DNA from: Armatimonadota bacterium
Lineage (GTDB): Bacteria > Armatimonadota > HRBIN16
Direction: 5' to 3'
DNA: 64,000 nucleotides
Assembly: GCA_963677485.1 (NCBI GenBank)
Contig: OY781964.1
Coordinates: 1,952,001 to 2,016,000 of the forward strand
Both the position numbers and the translations under genes were made by a program. Of this stretch, positions 1-9,616 are shown piece by piece. Position 1 is the first letter of the stretch. Each line of letters begins with the position of its first letter. Below the pieces are notes generated by a model. The model did not search any database and was not told where the DNA came from. It saw only the letters and a list, made by a program, of their open reading frames with translations.

Positions 1-527
1 ATATCTACATGGCTGCCTTATGGGCACTGCCGATTATATGGTTTGTATCCGGGTTGGTTTTGTACCGCCGTCTGATGACTCACTGCCGGCAGAATGATAT
101 TCCCGTGCCAGACCCCAAAAGCCGGGCCATCACCTTTTGGCTTCCGGTTCTGCTGGCTGTGGTGGTGGTGATATACAGCGAGGTTGTCAACCGTATATAT
201 ACATCGGAGTTCGTGGTATCAACTGTGCTGGCCATCAGCACCAGTCTGTTGGTGCTGGCGTTGATTGGCGTCACCTGGGTCAAATGGCGTACACCAGACT
301 ACTATACGATGGTCAACAGGCTTGTGCAGAGGCAACTGGCCTGCCTGACGGTGTTTGCATCCGTGATGGCCGTATTGCTGATGGCTCTTGAGGTGGTCAC
401 CCTCCGGCTTGATAACACAAACATCGGCGTGTATAAGTCAGCGGAGTTGGTAGTGAATCAAAACAAAGCCGCTAACCGCAAGTTAGTACAGCAGGTGCAA
501 CGGATCCTGAAGGCCGAGGGGCCGTAG
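1..527 (+). CDS. Multi-pass membrane protein, C-terminal part (5' end outside window); paralog of 784..2724
   Basis: Frame open from the window edge; hydrophobic helices; motifs HCRQNDIPVP, YYTMVNRL, EVVTLRLD..IG match the C-terminus of the next ORF. Confidence 0.75.
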   Translation, partial: IYMAALWALPIIWFVSGLVLYRRLMTHCRQNDIPVPDPKSRAITFWLPVLLAVVVVIYSEVVNRIYTSEFVVSTVLAISTSLLVLALIGVTWVKWRTPDYYTMVNRLVQRQLACLTVFASVMAVLLMALEVVTLRLDNTNIGVYKSAELVVNQNKAANRKLVQQVQRILKAEGP

Positions 528-737
528 GGGCGTGGTCTCCACGCCCTGGGGCATGGCGCGGTGGGCCTAAATCGATAGGGGCAACCCCCCGTGGTTGCCC
601 ACCATCGGTTGCCATCCGTCCCATCCGTAACATCCGTCCGATTCCCGGATTGTCTGAACCACGGATTACGCGGATTACACGGATGGGTTCGGATGGGAAG
701 GGAGGCCAATCGGGAGATCGGCGTTCCCAGGGGGACA
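524..737. repeat. Mosaic intergenic array: two REP-like hairpins, ATCCGT repeats, module B (651-684), palindrome A (705-731)
   Basis: Near-identical block recurs at ~21684-21797 and partly at ~50325-50400. Confidence 0.85.
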
Positions 738-783
738 GTGCCCCTACAATAATATAGGTATGACGGAATCTGAGGTAAACTGA

Positions 784-2724
784 ATGTCACGAACCTGGTT
801 ACGCACGTTGTTATTATCTCTCACGATGCTGGGGTTGTGTGCGCTCTGGTCGTCGCGCCTGACCAACCTGATAAAGGCCGACGATGTGATCTATGGTTGC
901 CATTGGGGAGACGAAGATGAATTTTGGACTAAGCAATTCAGAAATCTACCCACCATCTGGCCTGATCCGGCATTGGGACAGAAGATGCTGGATGAGTATG
1001 ACTTTGGATTTGCGTCTGCTGCCCATCTACCTGCACAGTATGCTCGAATGCGTGCTCAATTGGGCGAACAAGCATGGTATGCATTAACAGTCAGGAAAGG
1101 TCCGATTCACCAGACGAACACCGCACCTGGAGCACAAAAGTTATTGGCCCAACCTTTCCTCGACAGGATTGCTAAAGGTAAGAAGCTCGATCCGGGCAAT
1201 GCATTGTACGACCTTCGATTAACGGGCTATTACCTAAGCAACGCATTTGGTGAAATCTACAATGCTCAAGGGCCTTCGACTCCTGGTCAGGTGAGCGTAG
1301 ATTATAAACCGGGTGAATACCTACATCGTTATGTACTTAAAGACCAGAAGATGCTTGCGCTAGGAGCTGTCTCTTATCTTCACGCGTACCAGAAGGAATT
1401 GAAAAGTTACCGGCTTGATGGTGTATACTGCTATCTTGACCTTCTGCCTGGGCCCTATATTGCCGAACACTATTACCAAAGGTTTCAACTTGTTTACTCA
1501 GTTCGACCAGATGATGTTGACTTCATTAACCATATCACACAAAAGGCAGCGGCTGCTTCACTACTGCTCGCGCACACAGGTCATCGGGACCTTGCCATAC
1601 GCATCGCAGACAGCATCCCGCAATTCTACGAGACCACTGTGAAGTCCATGTTCACCGACCGCGGTGACGTGCCAATCGGTTACATAAGACGAAAAACCAA
1701 CATCTGTTTGCAGGCCGCTCAGGTGGCTGGTGACAAGCCGCTAAGCCAAAAGCTTGGCCTATTAACCGACGGCCTGACAAAGATGATGGTAGGGTGGAAA
1801 AAGCAACGACAGACAGTCGATTCAGAGAAGATGTTCAGCGAATTACATATGGGTAATGTCGCCGCAAACCTGAGGTATTTCGTCACCTCCCTTCCACCGA
1901 TACCAGTCCAGTCATATAAAGCCAGCCGGATGGTGGAAAACACCTTGCTGGATGAAATCACGTGCAGCTACATACTGCTGGGGCTGGCCGGTTTATGGTT
2001 GCTAAGCTGGCTGAGGGAGCTCGGATGGCAGAGACACCTGCGCAAGATGGTATCCACACTGCCTCCGCTGGACTGGTGGTACATCATGAAACTGCCGCTG
2101 ATGATAGCTGGTTTAGGCACACTGATATGGGCGATGATCTGCCAACTAAGCTGGGTGCCGTGGCGTGCGGACGCCCCGGGTACGAATTGGTGTCTGGTCT
2201 CAATCATCATGTATGTGGTGGTGAGCATCGGTCTGCCTTGGCTGATGGCTCGCTGGCGGTTTAAAAGCTGGTGTCAGCACAACGGTGTTCCGGTGCCAGG
2301 CCGGTCGCAGGAGATCGGTTGGAATGTGGGACTGTTACTGACGCCCGTCGTGCTTCTGCTGTTGAATTACGGCTCGATGACTCTCTTTACGCAAGAAGAT
2401 GCCAGGTATCCCATCATTGTGTTCACACTGTGCTGCCTGGTGGTGTTGGTAATTGATCAACGAAGCAAGATGAAAAACGCCGTTTACTTTGCTTCCGCCA
2501 ACCGGCTGATGCAGGTGTTCTGGGCGTGGTGCCTGATCGCAATCTCACTCAGCACCATGCCGTTCCTGCTCATCCGTGAGGTCGCATGGCTTCGGCAAGA
2601 TACCGTGGGCATCGGCTCATGGCGTGACTACGAAACCGCCACCGCCTTCGCACGCCATGAAGCGCGACTCACTCACAAGGAGCTGGAGCGGATGTTTACG
2701 AATGCGGGTTGGAAGCTGAAGTGA
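784..2724 (+). CDS. Hypothetical membrane protein: N-terminal anchor, large soluble domain, about 6 C-terminal TM helices
   Basis: 646-aa ORF, GAGGT upstream, hydrophobicity pattern. Confidence 0.8.
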   Translation: MSRTWLRTLLLSLTMLGLCALWSSRLTNLIKADDVIYGCHWGDEDEFWTKQFRNLPTIWPDPALGQKMLDEYDFGFASAAHLPAQYARMRAQLGEQAWYALTVRKGPIHQTNTAPGAQKLLAQPFLDRIAKGKKLDPGNALYDLRLTGYYLSNAFGEIYNAQGPSTPGQVSVDYKPGEYLHRYVLKDQKMLALGAVSYLHAYQKELKSYRLDGVYCYLDLLPGPYIAEHYYQRFQLVYSVRPDDVDFINHITQKAAAASLLLAHTGHRDLAIRIADSIPQFYETTVKSMFTDRGDVPIGYIRRKTNICLQAAQVAGDKPLSQKLGLLTDGLTKMMVGWKKQRQTVDSEKMFSELHMGNVAANLRYFVTSLPPIPVQSYKASRMVENTLLDEITCSYILLGLAGLWLLSWLRELGWQRHLRKMVSTLPPLDWWYIMKLPLMIAGLGTLIWAMICQLSWVPWRADAPGTNWCLVSIIMYVVVSIGLPWLMARWRFKSWCQHNGVPVPGRSQEIGWNVGLLLTPVVLLLLNYGSMTLFTQEDARYPIIVFTLCCLVVLVIDQRSKMKNAVYFASANRLMQVFWAWCLIAISLSTMPFLLIREVAWLRQDTVGIGSWRDYETATAFARHEARLTHKELERMFTNAGWKLK

Positions 2725-2781
2725 TGGTGTGTTTGCCCACCACCGGTCGAATCCGTCCGATGCCGCCCCGTCAATCACAGA

Positions 2782-2856
2782 AAGACCGCCCCGGTTAGGA
2801 GAAAACCGGCGCGGACATAGGCACTGGGAGCCAATCGGGAGATTGGCGTTCCCGGG
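2782..2856. repeat. Short-loop E-module variant plus palindrome A (2830-2856)
   Basis: AAGACCGCCCCGG...ACCGGCGCGGACA followed by GCCAATCGGGAGATTGGCGTTCCC. Confidence 0.75.
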
Positions 2857-2889
2857 GGAGGCGTTCCCGGGGGGCATCCCCTTTACCCG

Positions 2890-5676
2890 CTAAAACCTCG
2901 CGCTGATGTCAAAGTCCATGGTGCCGGCGCGGTAGTTGTATTTCGCACTCTCGGGGTCGTTGTTCTTGCGATCGGTCAGTTTATACCCGATGGTCAGGGT
3001 GAAGAACCGCGCGAAGTTATACTGGTAGCCGGTGCTGAACTCCACATCCGAACTGCCGTAGTTGCCGGTCAGACGGCTGTTTCGGTACTGGGTATACAGG
3101 TTCATCTTTTCTCTGAAGGGGTAGTCCAGCCTTGCACTATATCCGTCTAGAATTTGATGGGGGTCGCCCAGATAACTGCTTCCTGTGGTGGTGTCGGTGA
3201 ACTGATTGTTGGTGATCATGTGCTGACCATCCAGGCTGAGGCTCAGCTTTCCAAACGGGCCCATCCGCAGCGTGCCCTGCACTACATTGTTGGTGGCGTT
3301 GTCGGTACTGCCCACGTACCGAACATCCTGTGTGAGGTATCGCAGGCTCATGTCTGCCCACTCTACAGGATGGTAAGCCATGCCCAGGTCATAACCGCGC
3401 ATGTCGGTGTTGGTCAGGTTATCACCGGCACTATAGCTGGTGAACAGATTGGCGTCCAGGTTCAGACGGTCGCTCAAGCTCCAGGTGGCGTTCACGGTGT
3501 GGCCTTCAGTTTTCACCCCCACGTTACTGTAACCAAAGCCGGTTCCCCCACCAATCACCGTGCCACCACCAGACCCTGTGCCTGTGTCGGTGAGGCTGCT
3601 CAATGATCCGCTGTCTCGCAACGAGTACTGGTATCCCAGCGATATTCGGTCTGTGGGCGTGTATTTGGCATTGATGCTGCCGTCCGCTACGTTCCCGCTT
3701 GTGCCGTTGTTTTTTTGTTTACCGATCGACATTACGCTGCTCATCGTAAACCGCCGGCTTTCGGTCCAGCTAATGTTAGTTTTCAGTATCTGGCTCTCAG
3801 CAACGTATTGTTGCCCGGTAGTTCCTACAGTGTAGATGTTGTCGCCGCTCGCCTTGGTGTTCACAAAATCGAGGCTCAGGTTCACAGCTTTCATGCTCTT
3901 GCTCATGCCGATGCTGCTGCTGTCCTGTGTGCTGTTGCCGGTACTGGCCCCAGAGTTAGTGATGCTCTTCCAGCCCATCCTCAGCATCGGACCTTTCGAT
4001 AACTGCCATGTGGCATCCGCCTGCTGAGTTACAGTTTGGGGATCATACGCGCTGGAGGTGGCACTGGTGTCGGTGGTAAGGCTGCTGTAGTAACTGGGCA
4101 CCTTATACCGCTCATCCAGATACCGGAAACCATAGTTTGTGTCGGTATAACTGATTTCGTTGCGCATACCCCGCTCCTGGCGTTGAAACCCTACCGATTC
4201 CACAGGCGTGAAGTTGTCATCGACATCTTTCAATGACCCCGTCCAGTGCAGCTTCCCTACTTCAGTCTCCATTTTGATCGACTGACCAGCACCGGTCACA
4301 GGCAAGCCGCTTTTCGTGCTGGTGCTGTTAGCGAAGGCGTAACTCACCTTCCCCCAGCGACCCAGTTTGTAGTTGGCGTCGTATCCAGTCACCGATCCGC
4401 TGCCAGCGGCACTGCTGTCCACACGGGGGATGTAGGTGATTTTGATCAGACTCGTGCTTGGCACAGACCGGTTGAAATAGATGCGGTAGCTGCTGGTATC
4501 ATCGAGGAAGAAGTCGCCCTCTCCCCGCTTATAGCCGCGGATCTGGGGTATACCATCCACTAACGCGGTGATGGCCGTGCCTGTTTGGACCGCATACTGC
4601 AGCTCATACGGTGCCAGCGGGTTATTGTATCCATAAAACTGGTCCACTTTGGTGAGCAGCGTTCCGCTGTTTTTCTGTGTCTGATCAAGCTGCATGTAAC
4701 CCAGAGTCAGATCCTTGTTAAGCTGAGATTCCATGCGGTATCCCTGCAGGGTGCCTTCACCGTCGTTGTAACCCTGTGATTCGTAACTCGCCTCGATCAC
4801 ACTCGTCCGAGGTATGATGATGCCCTCTTTAAATGTCAGCATGCCCGCATAGGTGTCGATCTCATAGTCAACACCACGGCTTTTTGAAACGCCGTCGACG
4901 CGTATCTGTTCGGTGCCGTCGATGATCTGGCTGGCATTCAGGTAATATGGCCCGGCACTGTCCGTTCCATAAATGGTGACCGTACGCACCGTACCTCGCG
5001 TTTGACTGTACAACGCGACAAGTTTCATGCCCTTCATGCCAAGCGTGGTGGTCAGTTGTGCGCCGCTCAATGATTTGGTCATACTGGCCAGCTCATTGCC
5101 TTGCAGGCTGGCGTTGATATCCCCTAAATCCAACTTCAGCCACTTCCGGTCGTAGTTGATGGAGAACTTGTGATCCTGTGGGTTGCCAAAGGGGGTATTA
5201 CTCAGCCGCATATTGAAATTCAGCACATCGAAAACTTTGGTGCCCTGGATGGACAGTTCAGAGAAGTCGTTAAACGCCTTCTGTCCCTGACCGTAGTAGC
5301 TGGTTTCATTGTATGACGTGCCGTCGCCGCTGATTGAAGAGATGTGGTAGTTAAAGCTCTGGCGTCCGCTGAGTTTGATGCTCTGCTGCAGGTGCGGCAT
5401 CAGCCGCTTGGTCCAGGAGCCTTCTCCGCTGAATAACGATATTGCTGGAGTCTGCTTTTTCATGGGGCCAGCATTCAGGCCATCCGGGTTCAAGCGTGCC
5501 TCAGTCAGCCAGCCGCGGATCAACGCTTCGGGTGCTTCTGTGACCAACCAGGGGTTTTCCGGTGCCCAGCTCTCCGTCTTGAGGTGAAACAAGCTGGCCG
5601 TTTCCGGTGTGGGCAGAACCTGAGCGAATGCGGCTGATGCCGACACGAATGCGGCTAATATTACGAAGTACTTCAC
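2890..5676 (-). CDS. Large secreted, probably outer-membrane beta-barrel protein with SprA-like inserted domains
   Basis: Signal peptide (..ASAAFA-Q), amphipathic beta-strand pattern, C-terminal Phe (DISARF), two VDG..RG..D(Y/F)..D motifs. Confidence 0.7.
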   Translation of the reverse strand: MKYFVILAAFVSASAAFAQVLPTPETASLFHLKTESWAPENPWLVTEAPEALIRGWLTEARLNPDGLNAGPMKKQTPAISLFSGEGSWTKRLMPHLQQSIKLSGRQSFNYHISSISGDGTSYNETSYYGQGQKAFNDFSELSIQGTKVFDVLNFNMRLSNTPFGNPQDHKFSINYDRKWLKLDLGDINASLQGNELASMTKSLSGAQLTTTLGMKGMKLVALYSQTRGTVRTVTIYGTDSAGPYYLNASQIIDGTEQIRVDGVSKSRGVDYEIDTYAGMLTFKEGIIIPRTSVIEASYESQGYNDGEGTLQGYRMESQLNKDLTLGYMQLDQTQKNSGTLLTKVDQFYGYNNPLAPYELQYAVQTGTAITALVDGIPQIRGYKRGEGDFFLDDTSSYRIYFNRSVPSTSLIKITYIPRVDSSAAGSGSVTGYDANYKLGRWGKVSYAFANSTSTKSGLPVTGAGQSIKMETEVGKLHWTGSLKDVDDNFTPVESVGFQRQERGMRNEISYTDTNYGFRYLDERYKVPSYYSSLTTDTSATSSAYDPQTVTQQADATWQLSKGPMLRMGWKSITNSGASTGNSTQDSSSIGMSKSMKAVNLSLDFVNTKASGDNIYTVGTTGQQYVAESQILKTNISWTESRRFTMSSVMSIGKQKNNGTSGNVADGSINAKYTPTDRISLGYQYSLRDSGSLSSLTDTGTGSGGGTVIGGGTGFGYSNVGVKTEGHTVNATWSLSDRLNLDANLFTSYSAGDNLTNTDMRGYDLGMAYHPVEWADMSLRYLTQDVRYVGSTDNATNNVVQGTLRMGPFGKLSLSLDGQHMITNNQFTDTTTGSSYLGDPHQILDGYSARLDYPFREKMNLYTQYRNSRLTGNYGSSDVEFSTGYQYNFARFFTLTIGYKLTDRKNNDPESAKYNYRAGTMDFDISARF

Positions 5677-5679
5677 GAA

Positions 5680-6729
5680 TTATACCACCGCGCTGAGCTG
5701 TTGGTGCAGCATGCGCTGCGCTAGCTCGCGTTGTTGAAGGGAAAAATCACGAACCCGCGCACTGTACCCAGCCACATCGGCGAATAAAGCATCCAACGCG
5801 TTCTCAATCTTTAGACGGCTGATATCTTGAGGTGTTACCAGCAGCTCCGGAAAGGACGGTTGCCACAACGCGCTGACCTTCGGATCGTATCCGATGCCCA
5901 CCGCAGGCAGCCCGCATGAGGCCCCCAATATCATCGCGTGAAGCCGCACCGCCAGCATACTCTGGCAACGACCGAACGCTTCTATCAGCTGTGATGCCGT
6001 GAGGGCATCTGTCAGCAACTCGCCTGGTAACTGCTCATGCAGCCTCTGGCACAACGGCGCATCTTCATTGGGCTGCATGGCGATGTAGAACGGGGTGAGG
6101 CCATGCTCCGGCAGCTTCGTAGAGAGAACCTGCATCAGCAGTTGCCAAAATCCATCGTTGAGACTTGGTGTGATGCGAGGGGCCACACCGAAGAGTGTGC
6201 TCTGTGCCTGTGCCGGCTCTGAGGGCATCAGAAAAGCGAGGTCAGCCCCCACCAGTGCTTTTTGATAACCAAACGTGGAGAGCAACTGGGCCGATTCGCT
6301 GTCGCGCAGCATCACCGAATCGGCCTGCGTAGCCAGCGCGGCTATCCAGCGTCCTAGCCATTCGCGGCGTATCGGGCCGATGCCCTGACCGCTCCACAGA
6401 ACTTTACATCCTGCGTGGCGCGCCATCATGGCCATCAACCCGTAATATACGGAATTTCGAACGCTGGTGACATCCTGAAACAGGCTGCCGCCACCCAGTA
6501 TAAACAGACTACTGCTTCGCATGGCCTGCCACACAGCCCGCATCTGCATTCTAGGCACGGCTTCACAGCCAAAGCTCCTCTGGCTTTGCTCCGGGCTGCC
6601 GCTCATCACACGTATGGGCTGCTCGGGTAACTGCGCACGCAGCACACCCACCAACCCATGATGCACAGCCTCATCGCCCAGGTTGCCAAAGCCGATGTAT
6701 CCGCAGGTCAGAACCCCTTTTCGGCTCAT
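5680..6729 (-). CDS. csaB: Polysaccharide pyruvyl transferase CsaB
   Basis: GYIGFGNLGDEA, GGGSLFQDVTS, QGIGP, RLHAMI and YDPKV motifs. Confidence 0.9.
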   Translation of the reverse strand: MSRKGVLTCGYIGFGNLGDEAVHHGLVGVLRAQLPEQPIRVMSGSPEQSQRSFGCEAVPRMQMRAVWQAMRSSSLFILGGGSLFQDVTSVRNSVYYGLMAMMARHAGCKVLWSGQGIGPIRREWLGRWIAALATQADSVMLRDSESAQLLSTFGYQKALVGADLAFLMPSEPAQAQSTLFGVAPRITPSLNDGFWQLLMQVLSTKLPEHGLTPFYIAMQPNEDAPLCQRLHEQLPGELLTDALTASQLIEAFGRCQSMLAVRLHAMILGASCGLPAVGIGYDPKVSALWQPSFPELLVTPQDISRLKIENALDALFADVAGYSARVRDFSLQQRELAQRMLHQQLSAVV

Positions 6730-8645
6730 TCGTTACCCGCCAAAGCCTCCGCCTTCTCCACACCCTTCACCGCCAAACGGCTGAGCACATATCCGATCAC
6801 ACCACCCAGGATCACACCATACACCATCCGCAGCACGGATATTCCCAGCGGGGTATGGATGTGGCAGAAGGTGTTGAGCAGCGAAGCCTGCCCTAAGGCC
6901 CCTAACAGCAGCAAAGGCAGCCACCACCACTTGGGCCGGCCCAGTGCCGCCAGTGTGAGTGCCACAAACATGGCTGGGTGCCCTACCAGGAACTCCTTGG
7001 TGCGCGGTCGGACCACCATCACCCACTCCAGCAGACTGCGGAATTTCATCTCAATTGGGCTGACGCCCACTCCGGGCTCATTTCCAGTGCGCATCAGCAC
7101 AATGGCGATCAACGCCAGTCCGATGAGCAGCCCACCCGCCAGTCCGATGGTGATGGGGTATCCCGCGATGCTCTTCCAGAACGCCTTCAGCCGGTCGACC
7201 AACTGCTTCGTGTTCTTGCACTCGTTCACGTTCAGTCCCCAATACCAGGCTGTGGCCAGGATGGGAGCGAGGTGCGCGAATTTGATCCCGGCGAACTGGT
7301 TCGCCTTGATCATAAAGTCCAAATTCGCCAGGCATCCCACGATCAATAACGCGCCTAACAGGCTCCACAATACCATCGAACCAAACAGTTTCAACGCATG
7401 CTGAATTGGTGAACACCGGCACTCCTGAGTCAGCTTAATGGCAATCAGACCTAAAGATGGCAGTGCGATGGCAGCGGCCAACGCACACACTTTCAGTCCT
7501 GTCTCACCAGTCAGACCAAGCACCGCACCCAGCAGAAACACCAGAAATGGCAGCATGGCGTTCCCGGGCAGCACCAGCAAAGTCTCAATGAGCAGGATAA
7601 GCGCCACAAGACCGCCTGCACCCGCCAAGGCATTCACCACCGGCGGCACAGAGGGGTTCACCACGGGCTTGGGTCGCCCGACAGCTAAACCGCCCTTCAT
7701 GATTCCATCCCGTAACTGGCTGACAAAGTTGGACATGCCGGCCATCGCATCTTCATCTGTGACGCTGGGGATGCGCACATAACAGAGCCGGATGTTGCGT
7801 TCCTTCGCGGCCCGTTCGAAGCGGTCAACCATCTCCTCAGGGGTCAATGTGCCCATTTCAGCGGAGGGAATAGAATGGACACGCACGGTACGGTCGCGCA
7901 TTTTAGCAGTGAGGGCCATGTCACCCTTCTGCTTACCCATCTCAATGGTGCCATACATCAGTTCGCGCGCTTTCATTTGCTCCGATGTGTAGCCTATGAG
8001 GTCACGAAATCCTAATATCTCATCTGCGTTGAATATAACCACCGCGGCACCGCAGGCGACGGCATCATCCAGCCGCATCCGAATGTAAGCCTTTGTGGCC
8101 ACGGGGCTATTGCGTAATCGGGCGACTACCTGCAGGCCGCTTTGCTGAGCCGCCGCCACCATGCGGCGGTCAAGCCCTACCATCAAAACACGCAACTGGG
8201 CGGGGGTTGTGTTCGCCTGGAAGCTGACCCACCCTCCCTGAGGTGCCTGTGCGCTTAGCATGACTTTGCCTTGAGCTGGTTTGCCCAGCTTGGCGCTCCA
8301 GCCATACTGACCACCAAGCCTGGTGTTCAAACGCTGCAGCAGATTCGTGTTGGCCACCATCAAGGCGTTTGGTGCCCGCCACATGACATCACCGGAAAGC
8401 AATAGATCCTCTACGCTCTGTTCCGATATGGAAACGGAGGTGGCCCCAGCCTGACGAAGACGGTTCAAAATCGACAAGGGGCTGAAAGAGCTGTCAGCCG
8501 CTATTTGCAGTACCTGCTGGTCATCAACAGCAATCCCCACCATACGGCTGTCGCGTTCGGCACGCCAGCGCATAGCAGTACCGACCAGTGCAAAAATCGC
8601 ACTGATGATGATAAGCACAATGGCACTATTTCGAGACTTGTTCAT
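6726..8645 (-). CDS. DUF5693 family membrane protein
   Basis: RAAKERNIR, F.GIK, RTGN, RPRTKEFLVGHP and NTFCHIHTP motifs; overlaps the csaB start; GGAGGTG RBS. Confidence 0.85.
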   Translation of the reverse strand: MNKSRNSAIVLIIISAIFALVGTAMRWRAERDSRMVGIAVDDQQVLQIAADSSFSPLSILNRLRQAGATSVSISEQSVEDLLLSGDVMWRAPNALMVANTNLLQRLNTRLGGQYGWSAKLGKPAQGKVMLSAQAPQGGWVSFQANTTPAQLRVLMVGLDRRMVAAAQQSGLQVVARLRNSPVATKAYIRMRLDDAVACGAAVVIFNADEILGFRDLIGYTSEQMKARELMYGTIEMGKQKGDMALTAKMRDRTVRVHSIPSAEMGTLTPEEMVDRFERAAKERNIRLCYVRIPSVTDEDAMAGMSNFVSQLRDGIMKGGLAVGRPKPVVNPSVPPVVNALAGAGGLVALILLIETLLVLPGNAMLPFLVFLLGAVLGLTGETGLKVCALAAAIALPSLGLIAIKLTQECRCSPIQHALKLFGSMVLWSLLGALLIVGCLANLDFMIKANQFAGIKFAHLAPILATAWYWGLNVNECKNTKQLVDRLKAFWKSIAGYPITIGLAGGLLIGLALIAIVLMRTGNEPGVGVSPIEMKFRSLLEWVMVVRPRTKEFLVGHPAMFVALTLAALGRPKWWWLPLLLLGALGQASLLNTFCHIHTPLGISVLRMVYGVILGGVIGYVLSRLAVKGVEKAEALAGNE

Positions 8646-8817
8646 CAGATTGTCACCTCCCGATCATACTATTCTATTGTACAGGAGTCTATACCCTGAC
8701 ATGAGTGGCCTTTCGTTGGCGCCAAAAAGGGTTGACTTCCAACACGGCATCTGTTCATGTAATAACCGAGCGTCAGGAGCGTGCTTGCTGAGGAGCTATG
8801 AGCGGCGGAGGGTGTTA

Positions 8818-8971
8818 TCTGAACCACGGATAACACGAATGGAGAATCGGGATTCAACGCAAAGAGGCCAAGGAGCAAAGACGCAGAGTTCTTGCGGCGC
8901 CGAGTGGTCGGTCTGAACCGCCGATCGAACGGCTCCCTTTGCATCCTTTGCCCCTCTGCGCCTTTGCGTTG
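8818..8971. repeat. Module B (8818-8840) and convergent pair of module G (8855-8888 +, 8936-8971 -)
   Basis: CAACGCAAAGAGGCCAAGGAGCAAAGACGCAGAG faces CCTTTGCATCCTTTGCCCCTCTGCGCCTTTGCGTTG. Confidence 0.8.
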
Positions 8972-8994
8972 GAATCAGCTGTTGCCAAGATGAC

Positions 8995-9027
8995 AAAACG
9001 GGGCGGTGCCAGGCACCGCCCCGTTTT
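8995..9027 (-). terminator. Intrinsic terminator of the rpsB-tsf-pyrH-frr operon (possibly bidirectional)
   Basis: AAAACGGGGCGGTGCC-A-GGCACCGCCCCGTTTT perfect inverted repeat downstream of frr. Confidence 0.85.
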
Positions 9028-9056
9028 ACATGGGTCGTGAAAAGTGGGATATGGCC

Positions 9057-9614
9057 CTAGATGGCCATCACTTCTGTCTCTTTGGTCTTCTCAAGTTTAT
9101 CCAGCTCTTGAATGAACTTATCGGTCACTTTCTGAAGCTGCAACTCTGCGCGTTTTACGTCGTCTTCAGAGATCTCTTTTTTCTTTTCCAGTGCCTTCAC
9201 ATGGTCGATAGCTTCTCGGCGCACGTTGCGGATGGCGACCCGCTCTTCTTCAGCTTTTTTCTTTAGCGTCTTCACCATCTCTTTACGACGCTCTTCCGTC
9301 ATTTCAGGCACTTTCAGCCGTATCATCACGCCGTCGTTGGTGGGGTTCAGGTTGATCTCTGACTTCGTTATGGCCTTTTCAATGGGGCCTAGAGTGCTCT
9401 TTTCCCAGGGTGTAATGGTCAACAGCCGGGGTTCAGGGGCCGCCACTGTGGCCACATGGGCCAGCGGAGTGGGGGTGCCGTAATAATCCACCATGATCTG
9501 ATCCAGCATCTGTGGGTTTGCACGTCCTGTGCGAATGGTGGAGAAGTTTTCGCGAGCCTTCTCAATGGTGTGGGTCATTTTTCGTTCGGTGTCTTTGATA
9601 ATCTGATCTACCAT
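9057..9614 (-). CDS. frr: Ribosome recycling factor
   Basis: IRTGRANP, YYGTPTPL, PEMTEERRKE motifs; canonical synteny. Confidence 0.98.
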   Translation of the reverse strand: MVDQIIKDTERKMTHTIEKARENFSTIRTGRANPQMLDQIMVDYYGTPTPLAHVATVAAPEPRLLTITPWEKSTLGPIEKAITKSEINLNPTNDGVMIRLKVPEMTEERRKEMVKTLKKKAEEERVAIRNVRREAIDHVKALEKKKEISEDDVKRAELQLQKVTDKFIQELDKLEKTKETEVMAI

Positions 9615-9616
9615 AG

